53,739 nucleotides of DNA, filler included, from Dirinaria sp. TL-2023a (GCA_051941275.1; 4 parts of 4 records of this genome joined end to end with filler, not necessarily neighbours in it); one strand, 5' to 3'. Positions 33,690 to 44,780 are shown, counted from the whole stretch's first letter. Program-made: numbers and translations. Notes: generated by a model from the sequence alone, not told the origin.

Positions 33690-36121
33690 AGTGCATCTTC
33701 TTGACCCGGTTCCTCTCCCCTTCCGATCTCTCGCTCTTCAGGAGCACTACACAGAAAAAGCAGCGCACCTTCCCCACAGTCTCCCGAAGCTCATCTTCCG
33801 GCCTCGCGCAGGAATGTTTCAACGCCCCTCGCACACACCTGCGGCTCAATTCTAGGCGTCATTTCTCGAGCCTCATGGCACGGTCTCACATGAAATTTGG
33901 CAAGTCTAAATTGCGTACGCTGCGAATCGAAAGCTTCGTAAAGGGTAGTGCGAGGAGGATGAGTTTCGGAACTTAACCCTAAGTTTTCGTCGGTCTTCGT
34001 CTCGCGTTCATAGCTGTCAAGATCCTTATTAGCTTTTCCGTGTTCTCATCCTTCTACCTTAGCTCTAGATGGGGAGACGAGGAGGAGTGAAAGGGACCTC
34101 TGACGTCCAGAGTCTTTTAGACGGTGATTGAACGTTCTATGCGCCGGAATTGGTCAGACCTCCTTTGGAGGCGCGCGTCAGTCTGTTCTACTGGACATCA
34201 TGCTCTAGTCATTTATGGATTTTTTGTTGATGCAAAGCGTCGTGCAGCCAAATTGGAAGACAGCAGGTGGAATATGTCAGACACCTTTACATGAGGACCG
34301 TCTTTGGGAGCCCTGAAAAGCTGGTCATTGCAGGCGACTTTGTGGATCTTGTTGTGGATCTTCTTTTCTTTGCGAAGCCGATTATGATTCTTTTCTGCGT
34401 CGTCGAGCGCAGGCGGTTTCCGCCTTCCACCATTCCTCGCACTGCACTGCTAGTGTTTTCTCAAGAGCCCATTCTGTTATTTGGGCGTACCTAGGGCTAA
34501 GAGCATGTTGGAGTGCTCAGCACACTTGCCTACATACGGGCCGTTAGATTCTGTATGCTTCAGGCTTAGGCATAAGTCGTAGCCAAAGCGGAGATCCATT
34601 CGCCGGCACCTGTGTCTGCACAGACACCGCAATGTCTCTAATCCAGAATGCAAAGCGAGGTCTCTTAGCGCACAACAGAGGTTTACAAGGACTACGGCTG
34701 CTCCGCTTGTCTCTATTGTCACAGATAGGACAACGCAGAGTTCTTGGCACAGCATCACGCTCTTCGAGGCCCCAAGTCGCTTAGAAAGCAAATGAGCATT
34801 GAGGAAACGCGAAACAGCTGTCGTGGTCAACGGATGGCTTTATCGTCTGCATCAACACTCTTCGCTTCTCCAGAATGTGGATCGGCCGAGCAAGGGACTG
34901 GCTTTTAGCTATCAAGATAGACACTGTGGTCTGTTTGGCCAGCAAGCTGTCCCGTACCTATTCCCTACACATAGTGCCCATCGCTGGCAATGGAACCTGC
35001 TGTCCAATCCTCACTGGACCCTGCTCGCTCACCAAAACTGCATCACGGCACCCGCCACAGGTGCAGAAGGCTTGCCTTGTTCCGACTAGACGCGTTAGTC
35101 ACCTCCTTGTATGCACGTCATACAAGACGACTGGTGAGCGCCGACTTCTCATCCTGCTATCAGCCTCTGGGTTGGTGGCAGGATACACATACCTCCCGCG
35201 TGGAGATGGAAGCGGTTTTTGAGGATGTTTTTTGTCCGCTTACAATGCCTTCCGCTGCTTTTGCCGTTTTGGCGATATTGGTGGAAAGGAAACAAAGACT
35301 AGTCTCTGAGGGTACTGCACTACATTCAGAGAGGTTATCTTTCCCAACTGGGGTTTTGGGGGGAGAGACTTCAAGATGAAACGCTCGAGCTGAGGGCAAA
35401 TGTTTCGGAAGGTTGTGAGTGGTCAGGAGTTTCACTGGTGGAAGGACGGTCAGTAACTCTGAGGAACCATATGCAACTGAACAAGTTGATGGGGGGCGCT
35501 TGAGGCATTGCAAGTGTGGTGTCAACCTCTTGCACGAAAGCCCGCTGGCAATGCAACAGAGCTATAGTGCCAGCCTCCTCCTAGCTGACTCCGGAGCTAT
35601 TGCAGTCTTCCAGCTCTAAGGCATCCAGCCCCCAGAGTCTTCCTTTTCCCATCACTGCTTCCGGTCTCAGTTTGGCCCTCATCAATCGAAGTCACAGTGC
35701 CTTCTACTGCGTTTACCGGGTTGGGCCGAGCTGAGGCCTATCAGCCCCAGAGACAGGACCTCTCTCGAGTGAGGATCAAAGCTTAGTGCTTGTCTGCTCT
35801 CTCGGCTGCCCTCCGCGAAACCCTGCCCGGTGCTGCAGTCTCGGTCTCTGAGCCGGGTGACTGATGGGGCTGTTAGGCTGCGACCGGTGAGGAGCGGGTC
35901 AAAGGGATATTTGGCGGCAAGGACGATGCGTATAGAGTAAGATGGCTGGGACGATGCTAGGTGAGATTGGTATTGAATTGACGTTGCGTTGGGCCATAGG
36001 CGGGTGGACGTGGGAGGTGATGGTGTGATTGAGCTTGGGTGGGGAAGCAGCGGTGGAGGCGGTACAAGAGGGCCACTGTCCTTGCTTAATGAGGAGGATG
36101 GTGGCTCTACCAAATTTTTTT
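33690..36121 (+). ncRNA. TER: Putative telomerase RNA (TER), ~2.4 kb; 5' end approximate
   Basis: Template TAACCCTAA at 33974-33982 (1.5 TTAGGG repeats) preceded by hairpin gagtt-tcgg-aactt; nested 5'/3' pairings (33769-77:36039-47, 33787-93:36030-36, 33820-25:35986-91, 33846-52:35975-81); further long helices; 3' end AAATTTTTTT|ATAGGT...GCTAAC...CAG; no credible ORF over 2.4 kb. Confidence 0.8.
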
Positions 36122-36172
36122 ATAGGTGTTCCTTGTATACTTTGTTCCAAGAGATGGCTAACTACATACCAG
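36112..36172 (+). other. Putative TER 3'-processing signal: Sm-like U-tract (36112-36121), non-canonical 5' splice site ATAGGT (36122-36127), branch point GCTAAC (36157-36162), 3' splice site CAG (36170-36172)
   Basis: Read directly; 51-nt intron-sized spacing. An A-initiated 5' splice site is the known cleavage signal of Neurospora/Aspergillus TERs. Confidence 0.72.
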
Positions 36173-36811
36173 ATATGACTTGCTGATGAAGCCGAAAGGC
36201 ATGGTTGATTACAAAAGTATCTCGGGACGGTGGATGTCACCTGCTTGGATTGCGGCCTTCAAAAAGGTACAGCGATTGACGTAAAATCCTAGCTACCCTA
36301 CGCCTTCGAGTACTGTCTTGCAGATGTCGTCCAATTGAGACAGTACGTAATTACGTATGAGCTACCTTATTCCTATGCCTGATGTCAGCTGACCAGGTGC
36401 ACTCCGACTATCGGAGTCGTATGCAATAGCTAAATTACTAAGGTGAATTTTTCATTGGTGGCTTTGGAGCTGTTTATTCGATTGGTATCCGAGACTTCTA
36501 CGGACATGTGAAATCTGCAGTAGATCAAGATCGGTGGTGCCAGGCCGGATACCGCTGCTGTTTCCGGCCTAAGGTACCTTAGTAAAGGTAGTAGGCACTT
36601 CTTTGTTCTGGTGACTGGTGAGTCAGATTACCTTATCTAATCTCAAACCCCACCAAAATGCACACAGCGTAACCACCCAGACATCTACTTCACCTAAAGT
36701 TCTTTAGAGGCAAGGTGCCTTATTTCTTGGTTGAATCAAGGCTCTTTCACGAAAGATATCCCTGCAATCTTGGGTGCTCCGTTGAGAACAAGTTTCGTCG
36801 TCTCCTAAAAC

Positions 36812-39280
36812 ATGGCACCATTGAAAACCTCTCCTGAACGACCCAGTTCTCAGTCCGTGCGGAAAACACGCAGCCAAGGTTCCTTCTATTCAACCTCTCC
36901 CCTCGCTCAAGCTGCCGTAGCTCGGGACCTTGAGGCAGAAGCGAGTGGAGATGTCGAGAACGCTCTTCAGGACGAAGATGGAGAGGATTCCTCTGATTCA
37001 GACACCCTCCGCCGCATCGGGAGTGGACAATCGTATGGTTGCTCCATGGTAGGCTCGTACAGAAGACCTAGCTTTACGGCGGGAGGCACAAGAGCCACAG
37101 TTGGCACAGGCTTGCGAGGATCAAGTAGGCCAGCAACCAAGAGCGAAAGAATTGAAGCTCGAAGGGAGGAACGGAGCTTATTGAGAGATAACAATGTGAT
37201 ACCGCCAAAGCATCCACAGAAAGGTCAGGGCGCGCACTCCTTTACCCGTCGTATCGGCCAGATGTTGCCTGCAGTCGGAGTGCCAGGTGGAGACCGAATG
37301 GTCCAGTCAGGGGACCAGGAGATAATACAAGATCCATCTCGTGAGCCTGCAGAGACGGCACCTTTACTGGGGAACCCAGAACTGCCGTATGGTGGCCAAG
37401 ACTCTCCAGAGAACATTGACAAGAGATGGGAGGAAGCCGTGTTGGAGGGTAGAATAAAGACAACATGGCAGCGAGAGGCCAAGGTCCTCGGGCGGTACTC
37501 GGCCCCTCTCATCCTGACTTTCTTGTTGCAGTACTCCCTGATCGTGGTAAGTACCGTCTTTGTTGGCATTTCGTCTTTCGTCTTCCAGCTATATCTTGAG
37601 CCGCAAGAGATAGCCCTGGGGTCACACTCACAGTATACAAAGTGCAAAATGCGGATGCTGCTTCCAAAAATGACGCTGACGCTCAACTTTCAAGACCAGT
37701 GTTTTCGTTGTAGGTCATATAGGTAAAAGTGAGCTTGCGGCGGTGAGTCTAGCCGGCATGTCTGCAAATATCTTTGGTTATGCCATATATCAGGGGCTGG
37801 CAACCAGTCTTGATACGCTTTGTGCTCAAGCGTATGGATCGGGACACAAGAAACTCGTTGGCTTGCAAATGCAGCGGATGGTGTACTTCTTATGGGTTGT
37901 GACAATACCAATAATCATCATCTGGCTTAGTGCCGAGCGTATTCTGATGAGGATTGTGCCTGAAAAAGAAGTAGCGCGTAAGAGTCACATTTTGTCTCCT
38001 TGGTTATTACCGGTATTGATTTGCTCTCAGAACTTGCTGGTCGTTATCTAAAAATCATCACCATTGGCGCACCTGGCTATGCGTGCTTCGAATCTGGGAA
38101 GCGATTCCTGCAAGCCCAGGGCTTATTCTTCGCTTCTCTTTATGTCTTGTTAATTTGCGCTCCGCTAAATGCCTTGATGAATTGGCTGTTTGTCTGGGTA
38201 CATCTCCCTCCTTCGCTAGCATTTATTCCGACCTGTGCTTGGCTTACTCTTTCCGTCTAGCAATTCGGTTGGGGTTTTATCGGGGCGCCGATTGCTGTCA
38301 CAATTACTGAAATTCTGGTTCGTGTTCTGGTCATTCTCTTGTCTGCTTATCTCAAATGTACTTGTGAAACGCAATGGTGGAATGCTGATTTAGGAGAGCC
38401 TTTTCAATGTTCCGACCATTGAAAATCATATGCTGACCTGGAAGGACCAATGAAGTTACCTACCTTCCTTGCCCTCTATGTTCGATTCATCGCGGGTCGT
38501 GCTTGTTGGCCAGGGCTCAGCCGTCGCGCTTTGCAGAATTGGGGACCTATGATCAAACTCGCTCTACCGGGCTTCCTTATGGTCGAAGCTGAGTATTTCG
38601 CATTCGAGATACTGACCCTTGCGTCGAGCTACTTCGGTACCACGCACCTTGCAGCTCAAAGCGTACTGAGTACCATCCTCGGCATCACCTTCTGCTTTCC
38701 ATTCCCGGTAAGTATTGCTGGTAGCACACGGATCGCCAACCTCATTGGCGCAACGCTTTCCGATGCTGCGAAAACGAGCGCCAAAGTCACACTAGGAACA
38801 GCTGCCTGCGTTGGCGCATGCAATTGTATAATTATATCAAGTTTGCGGCTCCATCTTCCACAGCTCTTCACAAGCGATCCGGAGGTCATTGCTTTGGTCG
38901 GGAAGATCCTACCCATATGCGCAGCTTTCATGCTTTTCGATGCTTTGGCAGCGAATTGCAATGGTATTCTTCGTGGCTTAGGTAGGCAAGAGATTGGCGG
39001 CTGGGTTCAGCTGTTCTCCTATTATGCAGTAGCGATGCCGATAAGCATGGGAACAGCCTTTGGTCTGGGCTGGGAGTTGCAAGGTTTGTGGAGCGGTGTC
39101 GCGATTGCTCTGGCTCTGTGAGTCCCAAAGTTTCCTTCTCGCATATCCTATTGCTGCCTTGAGACCACTCCACTTATCTTCAACTCGATTAGGGTGGCTT
39201 TCATCGAAGCGACTTTCCTCTACCGTACGAGCTGGGAAAGATCCGTTGAGGAAGCCAAGGCAAGGAATGCGATTTCGTAG
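36812..39280 (+). CDS. MATE-family efflux transporter (Erc1-like), multi-exon
   Basis: [10 protein letters not shown]...[78 protein letters not shown]; last exon ends ...[10 protein letters not shown] at 39280. Confidence 0.93.
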
Positions 39281-39431
39281 ACTTTATTCGGAATGGCTGC
39301 CGAGCGTCTGCCATTTTCCTACAGGGGCATATATTCGAGCGCAAGAGATCTCTTTCGCTGTGCGTCGATATTTGCACGTCCGCATCTCTCATAACGCGTG
39401 AGCCAGGACCTTGACAGGATTTGGATTGCTC

Positions 39432-40052
39432 TCATCTTTGCGATTTGGCATTCGTAGCGAGAAACAGCACACAGGCAGCAACAATCGCAGTTGCCACGAT
39501 CGTAAAAACCTGCATCCCTAATTAGCCCTCTCCAATTCTTTCTCCTCGTCCGTCCCTTGTGGAGACACTACTTACAACCTGCGTCTTCCATCCGCTCTGC
39601 ACGAGCGCCTGTCGCCGGCTATACCTCGTCACGGTTTTGATGTAATTCGCAAGCCCGCTCACCAGACATGCCAGACTGAGAAGCCAGAAGACCAAACCAA
39701 ACGGCAGCGCGAATCTTCTCTCCATCGATGTAGGTTGAGACTTGAGGTGGAAAGAGATCATGATGGCAACGGACACAACGGCCATATAGATCGAAAGGCG
39801 CAACCAGGAAAGGAAGGTGCGTTCGTTCGCGCAGTGGTCCCGGGCGTCAGAAGTCTCATTGGGAAAGAGAAGCGGGGTGAAGAAGGGAGGACGGAGGAAG
39901 AGGTGGGAGGAAGCGGAGCTGGCAACGGTATCAGTACAACAGAGATGCGCAATCTAGAAGGGGGCAATCTGCACTTACTGATCTATGTGTACGGGTTCAG
40001 TGCGAAAAGGATTGATGATCCAGGATGACCTTGGATTTGCGGACCCCTCCAT
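39432..40052 (-). CDS. DUF202 membrane protein, 3 exons
   Basis: MEGSANPRSSWIINPFRTEPVHIDH|SASSHLFLRPPFFTPLLFPNETSDARDHCANERTFLSWLRLS... (ANERTFLSW signature), three hydrophobic segments, last exon VFTIVATAIVAACVLFLATNAKSQR*. Confidence 0.85.
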
Positions 40053-40282
40053 CGCAAGGTTTGTGAGTTGGGATCCAAGCACCGCGCTGGTGTCAGGAGG
40101 CGCACGCCGGGGTGAAAAGGATACCTCCAGGAATAAGTGAAAGATGTCGTCTTCTCTGATGGAATGGTGGTCTCAGGTCTAATAAGCCACAGTATCATAC
40201 ATTACTGTACCTTACTTAAGGTACCTTAGGTAAGGTACCTTCTATGTGCCTAGATAGTAGATTACCCTAAAAACGTGGGGCG

Positions 40283-40382
40283 NNNNNNNNNNNNNNNNNN
40301 NNNNNNNNNNNNNNNNNNNNNNNNNNTTAATTAATTAANNNNNNNNNNNNNNNNNNNNNNNNNNNNNNNNNNNNNNNNNNNN
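40283..40382. other. Artificial contig-joining linker
   Basis: N44-TTAATTAATTAA-N44. Confidence 0.98.
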
Positions 40383-43192
40383 GCGCCCGGCTGTCCAAGC
40401 ACCTTGCCACCACCCTCCTCGTCGTAACTGCTCGACTGGCCTATTTCACGATTTACCTCCGCTTTCGGTGTCGATGCGCCGAAGCTTTTCAATGTGACCG
40501 TGCTTGCATTCACGCCCTCGTCGCCTAGATTCTGGCCGAGTTTGAAGGGGAATGTTTTCAGGCCTGCGGTCGCGGGACGGTTGGTGTTGAGGAGGTGCAC
40601 GGGGGCGGGATTGTGGTGGCCATCAGGTGTATTTGCAGTGGCTGTAGGAGGGTTGCTGATCTCATCCTTGGGGTCGCGTGCTGCTCCGAGGGGATGACGG
40701 GAGGTGTGTTCTTCGTCGCGGCGGCGGAGGAGTTCGACTGCCGGGGTATTCTCATCGATGTCGTTGTCGTTATCATCTTCGGTTGTGGATTGGCCCGTAT
40801 CGCTGACGACCCTCCTCCTGGATCTCGAGCGCGAATGAGCTCCAACATGGGACTTCAACGCTTCTTCAGGCATCGCCCCCGTCGTGGTGGGCGTCGCGGC
40901 TGTGGTCGCAACCTCCTTGTCCGCCTTCTCTTCCCGCTCCATGGTGCTTTCGTCGTGCTTACTGCCCCACATGCCCCAGAGAGTCAGGCCCCAACTTCGC
41001 TTCTTCGCGCTCTCTTTCTCCATGCCCAGGCCCCTTCGCCCTGCCAATGCGCTTGGCGGCGGGACTTCGTCGTCGCCGAAGCCTTGATAGCCTTTCGCCA
41101 TTTCTTTGATGCGCTGTTTTTGCACGCGGCGCTTTTCCCGCGCGAATTTGCTGTCCCACTCTTGCTTCGCTGCAAGCCATTTCTTGACTGGCCCTGGCTT
41201 GATGACTCCGATTTCGTTGGGGGAGATATTGAGTGCGGCTATGTTGGAGGGGTGGTCAAGAGGGAAGATGTTGCCGTGGCGATCGACACGTTGGCGGATC
41301 ATATGGTTGCGGAATGGCGGGAGTGGAGCGCCTGCTTTTCCTACTGATCCCGTGGCCACCGTTCCTTTGCTCGAAGTGACACCGTTCGTCGGAATATGGT
41401 CGGTTTTAGCGGACACCGTTGTAGTTGAGGAGCCGGTATCTGAGCCTGAGGATATCATTGATACCTCATCATCGTCCATTATTTCGATATCCGTTTTTTG
41501 GGCTCGAGCGAGCGCCCATGCACCGAATTGGGCTATGGAGCGGAACATATACTTTGCAGGGCGTGTGAAGGAGAGCGTAGGCGCGACGTGGCAGAGGTCA
41601 TCCCAGACTTGAAGCTGTACGTCGGTGGGCTTGTACTTGGTTATTAACTCTTTAGCCTCGGGATGCTCATCAAGGTAGGCTTCACTTGGAGGATATCTGG
41701 AAGGGTTGGCAGCCTTGTGTGCAAGGTAGATTTGCTCGTCACGGAGGAGCTCACCGCCACCAGTAAGTATTAGGAGAGGAGGGAGGCCGCCGAGAGAGGG
41801 AGACAGGACCGGTGAGACAAGTGGATGCGATATCAATTGGTTCGTGGCGTACATCTGAATCTGGTCTTTGATATGGACCAATTTGCCGTCAATCATGATG
41901 GATAGGTCATGACCAGGTCCAGGTATTGTATTGCCAGGCCGCTCACCCGCGCCTTTGGAGCCGGCTGGGTTATTAGTATTTTGGACTGGATTAAGATGCT
42001 GTGGATCGTGTTCTTCGGAGAATCCTCGAACAGCATCTTGCTGAGCTTTATGGCGCTCGTGCTGGGATGATTTCCTGGGCATGCCATCTCCAACGACCTT
42101 CTCAATCGCGTGGAAGGCTATATTTTCAATGTCGTCCGCATTGGGAGGTGGCCAAGAGGGTGATGGACGCTGCATGAAACCATGAGCAGGTATATAGTCG
42201 TAGCGCCCATCACCGGCTAGAGAGGGAAAGGAGTGAGTGAGGTCCACCCAAGGAGAGATTAGGATTGCACCGGCTGGCAGAGGAAGTCCTTGATCACGGA
42301 GGGTCACTAGCATACTGCAAACAGTCAGTTCAACCCAAGAGCTGAGATGCCAGGAGTAAACTACCTCACAATCATGCCGCCTCCGGCCGAGTCGCCAGCT
42401 AATAGTATGGTTGACGGGTCTTGCTCTGTAAGCAGGTATAGATAGGTTGCTAAGCAATCGTGGAGGCCGCAGGGAAACGGGAATTGAGGAGCTAACTGAT
42501 AACGTGCTATACAGCGTCAATACTTGCCGAACCTCTCACTATTCCCCAATACTCACTGCAACCGATCAGCGTGGGCAGCACTCAGCTTTCCTGTCTAACT
42601 CACCGCGCTAATACCCTAGCCTCCAACTTTCTCGCGTGTCTTTGCAACTGATACCGATGCTCATCCACGCTCCCCAGGAAATAGGCTCCACCATGCACAT
42701 ACAGCATGACCCGTTTGCATTTCTCCCCATCGCGCTTCCTCTTCGCATGATGCGCTCTCATCTCGATCCATTCCGCTTTTAGTACACTGCCTTCTCTTCG
42801 CCATTGCCACCACTTCTCTCCTCCGACCTGATTTACACCCTTGTGACCCAACTGTGCGATCAACGTATCAGCAGACTTGCTTATGTACTTTTCCGGTATT
42901 ACAATTTCGTCGACCTTCACCCAGCGCGGGACTGGCACCCATTGGGAAGTGAAAGCTTGAACCTCTTCCACAGTGTGATAGGACGCGTAATGGAGGAATT
43001 GACGGATCAAAAGAAGACCTTCGTGGTACGATATGTGTGCCGTAGGTTTTTGGCGGAGAGGTTTGCGATTGAGGTACTGCTTGCTGTCAGCGCAGCGATA
43101 TGACTAGACATGTTTAAGTGTACATGGGAAAAGTAGGTTTCTATAACCACTGGGGCTACTGCAGCACAGACAGAGATGGTGTTGAGCACCAT
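40383..43192 (-). CDS. Alpha/beta hydrolase, hormone-sensitive-lipase family (lipase/esterase), multi-exon, C-terminus runs off the contig
   Basis: [23 protein letters not shown] start, LYVHGGAY oxyanion motif, AGDSAGGG read at ~42375-42400, [24 protein letters not shown]. Confidence 0.9.
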
Positions 43193-43565
43193 CACGTTTA
43201 CCACGTTAATTGATATTCTGTTCCATTCGTGGTGGTATTGATTGTCACGGAATGACGATGGAGATGCTGGCACAGCAGGTGGTCGTGCGTTGTCTTGTGC
43301 TGTTGGGAGCAAGCTGCGTCCAGGAGAATGTTTGCAGAAGCAGATTAGCTGTAGGAGTTGACGCCGAATTAATTATTTAAATGGTCACTCCCCTACGGAA
43401 CCTAACTTTGCCCAATATGTGAATGTGAATGGCCGCTGAGCTCTTGAATAGGTGTATCAGGTAAGTACGTTGTGGTATTTACAGAATTTTATCTCCGCAT
43501 TAACTCCATCCCTCTCAACTCTTTTTACCAGGAATTCTCTCGATTCATCCCACTGAGCAAACAGA

Positions 43566-44257
43566 ATGTCCAGCAAAGCCGCTCGAGCAGGCGCGCAACA
43601 AGACCCCGAACCTCAAGAAGGCGTCGCAATACCTCCGCCATCATCCGGTAATTAATCCTCCATCAAGCTACATTCCATCGATTCTGAAGATGTCTAGAAA
43701 AGACAGCGGCCAAGTTCGACCTGTCTATTGCACTTACCCTCTCCACCTGGTCCGCCCTCACGCTTGCGGTCCAAAACTCATGGGGCGGCCCTGATAGCGC
43801 TGAGAAACGCGACTGGTTTGCTGGCGTAATTTCCGATCTCTTCCAAAACACACCGGATGCGGACGTCGATTATCTTGAAGAGTTCTTGTTGCAGGTCATG
43901 AACGATGAATTTGAGATCAATGTCGATGATGATAGCGGCGCCGAGATCGCCGCGAAGATCGTAGGACTGAGGAAGATGACGTTGGAAGGCGATTTTCGGC
44001 TCGTGGATGCCATGTACAGCCAATGGGTGGAGAGGCAGAAGAAGGGCGGGGACAAGGTCAAGATGCAGCACATTATAAGCAACGATGAAGACTACGATAC
44101 AGAGTGGGACAGTGGTGATGGGGAGAGTGAAGATGGCGAAGAAGAAGATGTTGACATGGATGAAGCTCCTACTCTTGTCAAAGCCCCACGAGAAAAGATT
44201 CGACCCAAGGTGGATGATGAGGGTTTTACGGAGGTGATTGGGAAAAAGAGGAGGTGA
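43566..44257 (+). CDS. TSR2: Pre-rRNA-processing protein TSR2 (WGG domain); intron ~43648-43697
   Basis: ...WSALTLAVQNSWGGPDSAEKRDWFAG...LEEFLLQVMNDEFEINVDDDS, acidic tail and VDDEGFTEVIGKKRR*. Confidence 0.9.
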
Positions 44258-44555
44258 CGTTGAATGATGTGAGCACTCAGCTGATGAAATGGGAGGAAAG
44301 CAAAGCAAACTTGCGTCGGCTCTATGAGTAAGGGGTCTGTGAAGTCCTTGTTGTGTGATGCAGCCATGTCCGGGTCTGAGTATGATTGCTTCATTTGCTG
44401 GGAATTCATGAGTTGTCCCACAACACTCATCTCAATGACTCACCATCAAATAGACAAGAGTTTATAAAAGATCGGGGTTCTACGCCTCAGCAATCCCAAA
44501 CAAACTTCTTTAACTTTCCAGATCCAACCTGAAACTTCCTTTCCGGCATTTGCAA

Positions 44556-44780
44556 ATGGCTCCCCCTCACACCGCGCCCTCTTGGAGATGCTGTCAGTGT
44601 CATCATACGAACAATCACATGCGGGTCAAATGCACCTGTAATCATGGTGTCTGCAAGAACTGCATATACATCCGTGGATTGCGAAGCTCTTCCCTAACAT
44701 GGACTGATCTGCCGCCAAAATCTGCTGACGAGCATACAACTACGGGCAGCCAGTCCAGACAGGAAGACTCGCTGCCTTGA
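44556..44780 (+). CDS. Small Cys/His-rich putative zinc-ribbon protein (74 aa)
   Basis: WRCCQC-x8-KCTCNHGVCKNC pattern; TATAAAA at ~44463 and CAAATGG start context. Confidence 0.5.
   Translation: MAPPHTAPSWRCCQCHHTNNHMRVKCTCNHGVCKNCIYIRGLRSSSLTWTDLPPKSADEHTTTGSQSRQEDSLP

Noticed and set aside
34267..36240. Numerous 60-143 aa ORFs on both strands between SmF and MATE
   Set aside because: No recognisable domains, mostly non-ATG starts, no consistent exon chain; the region is better explained as structured RNA.
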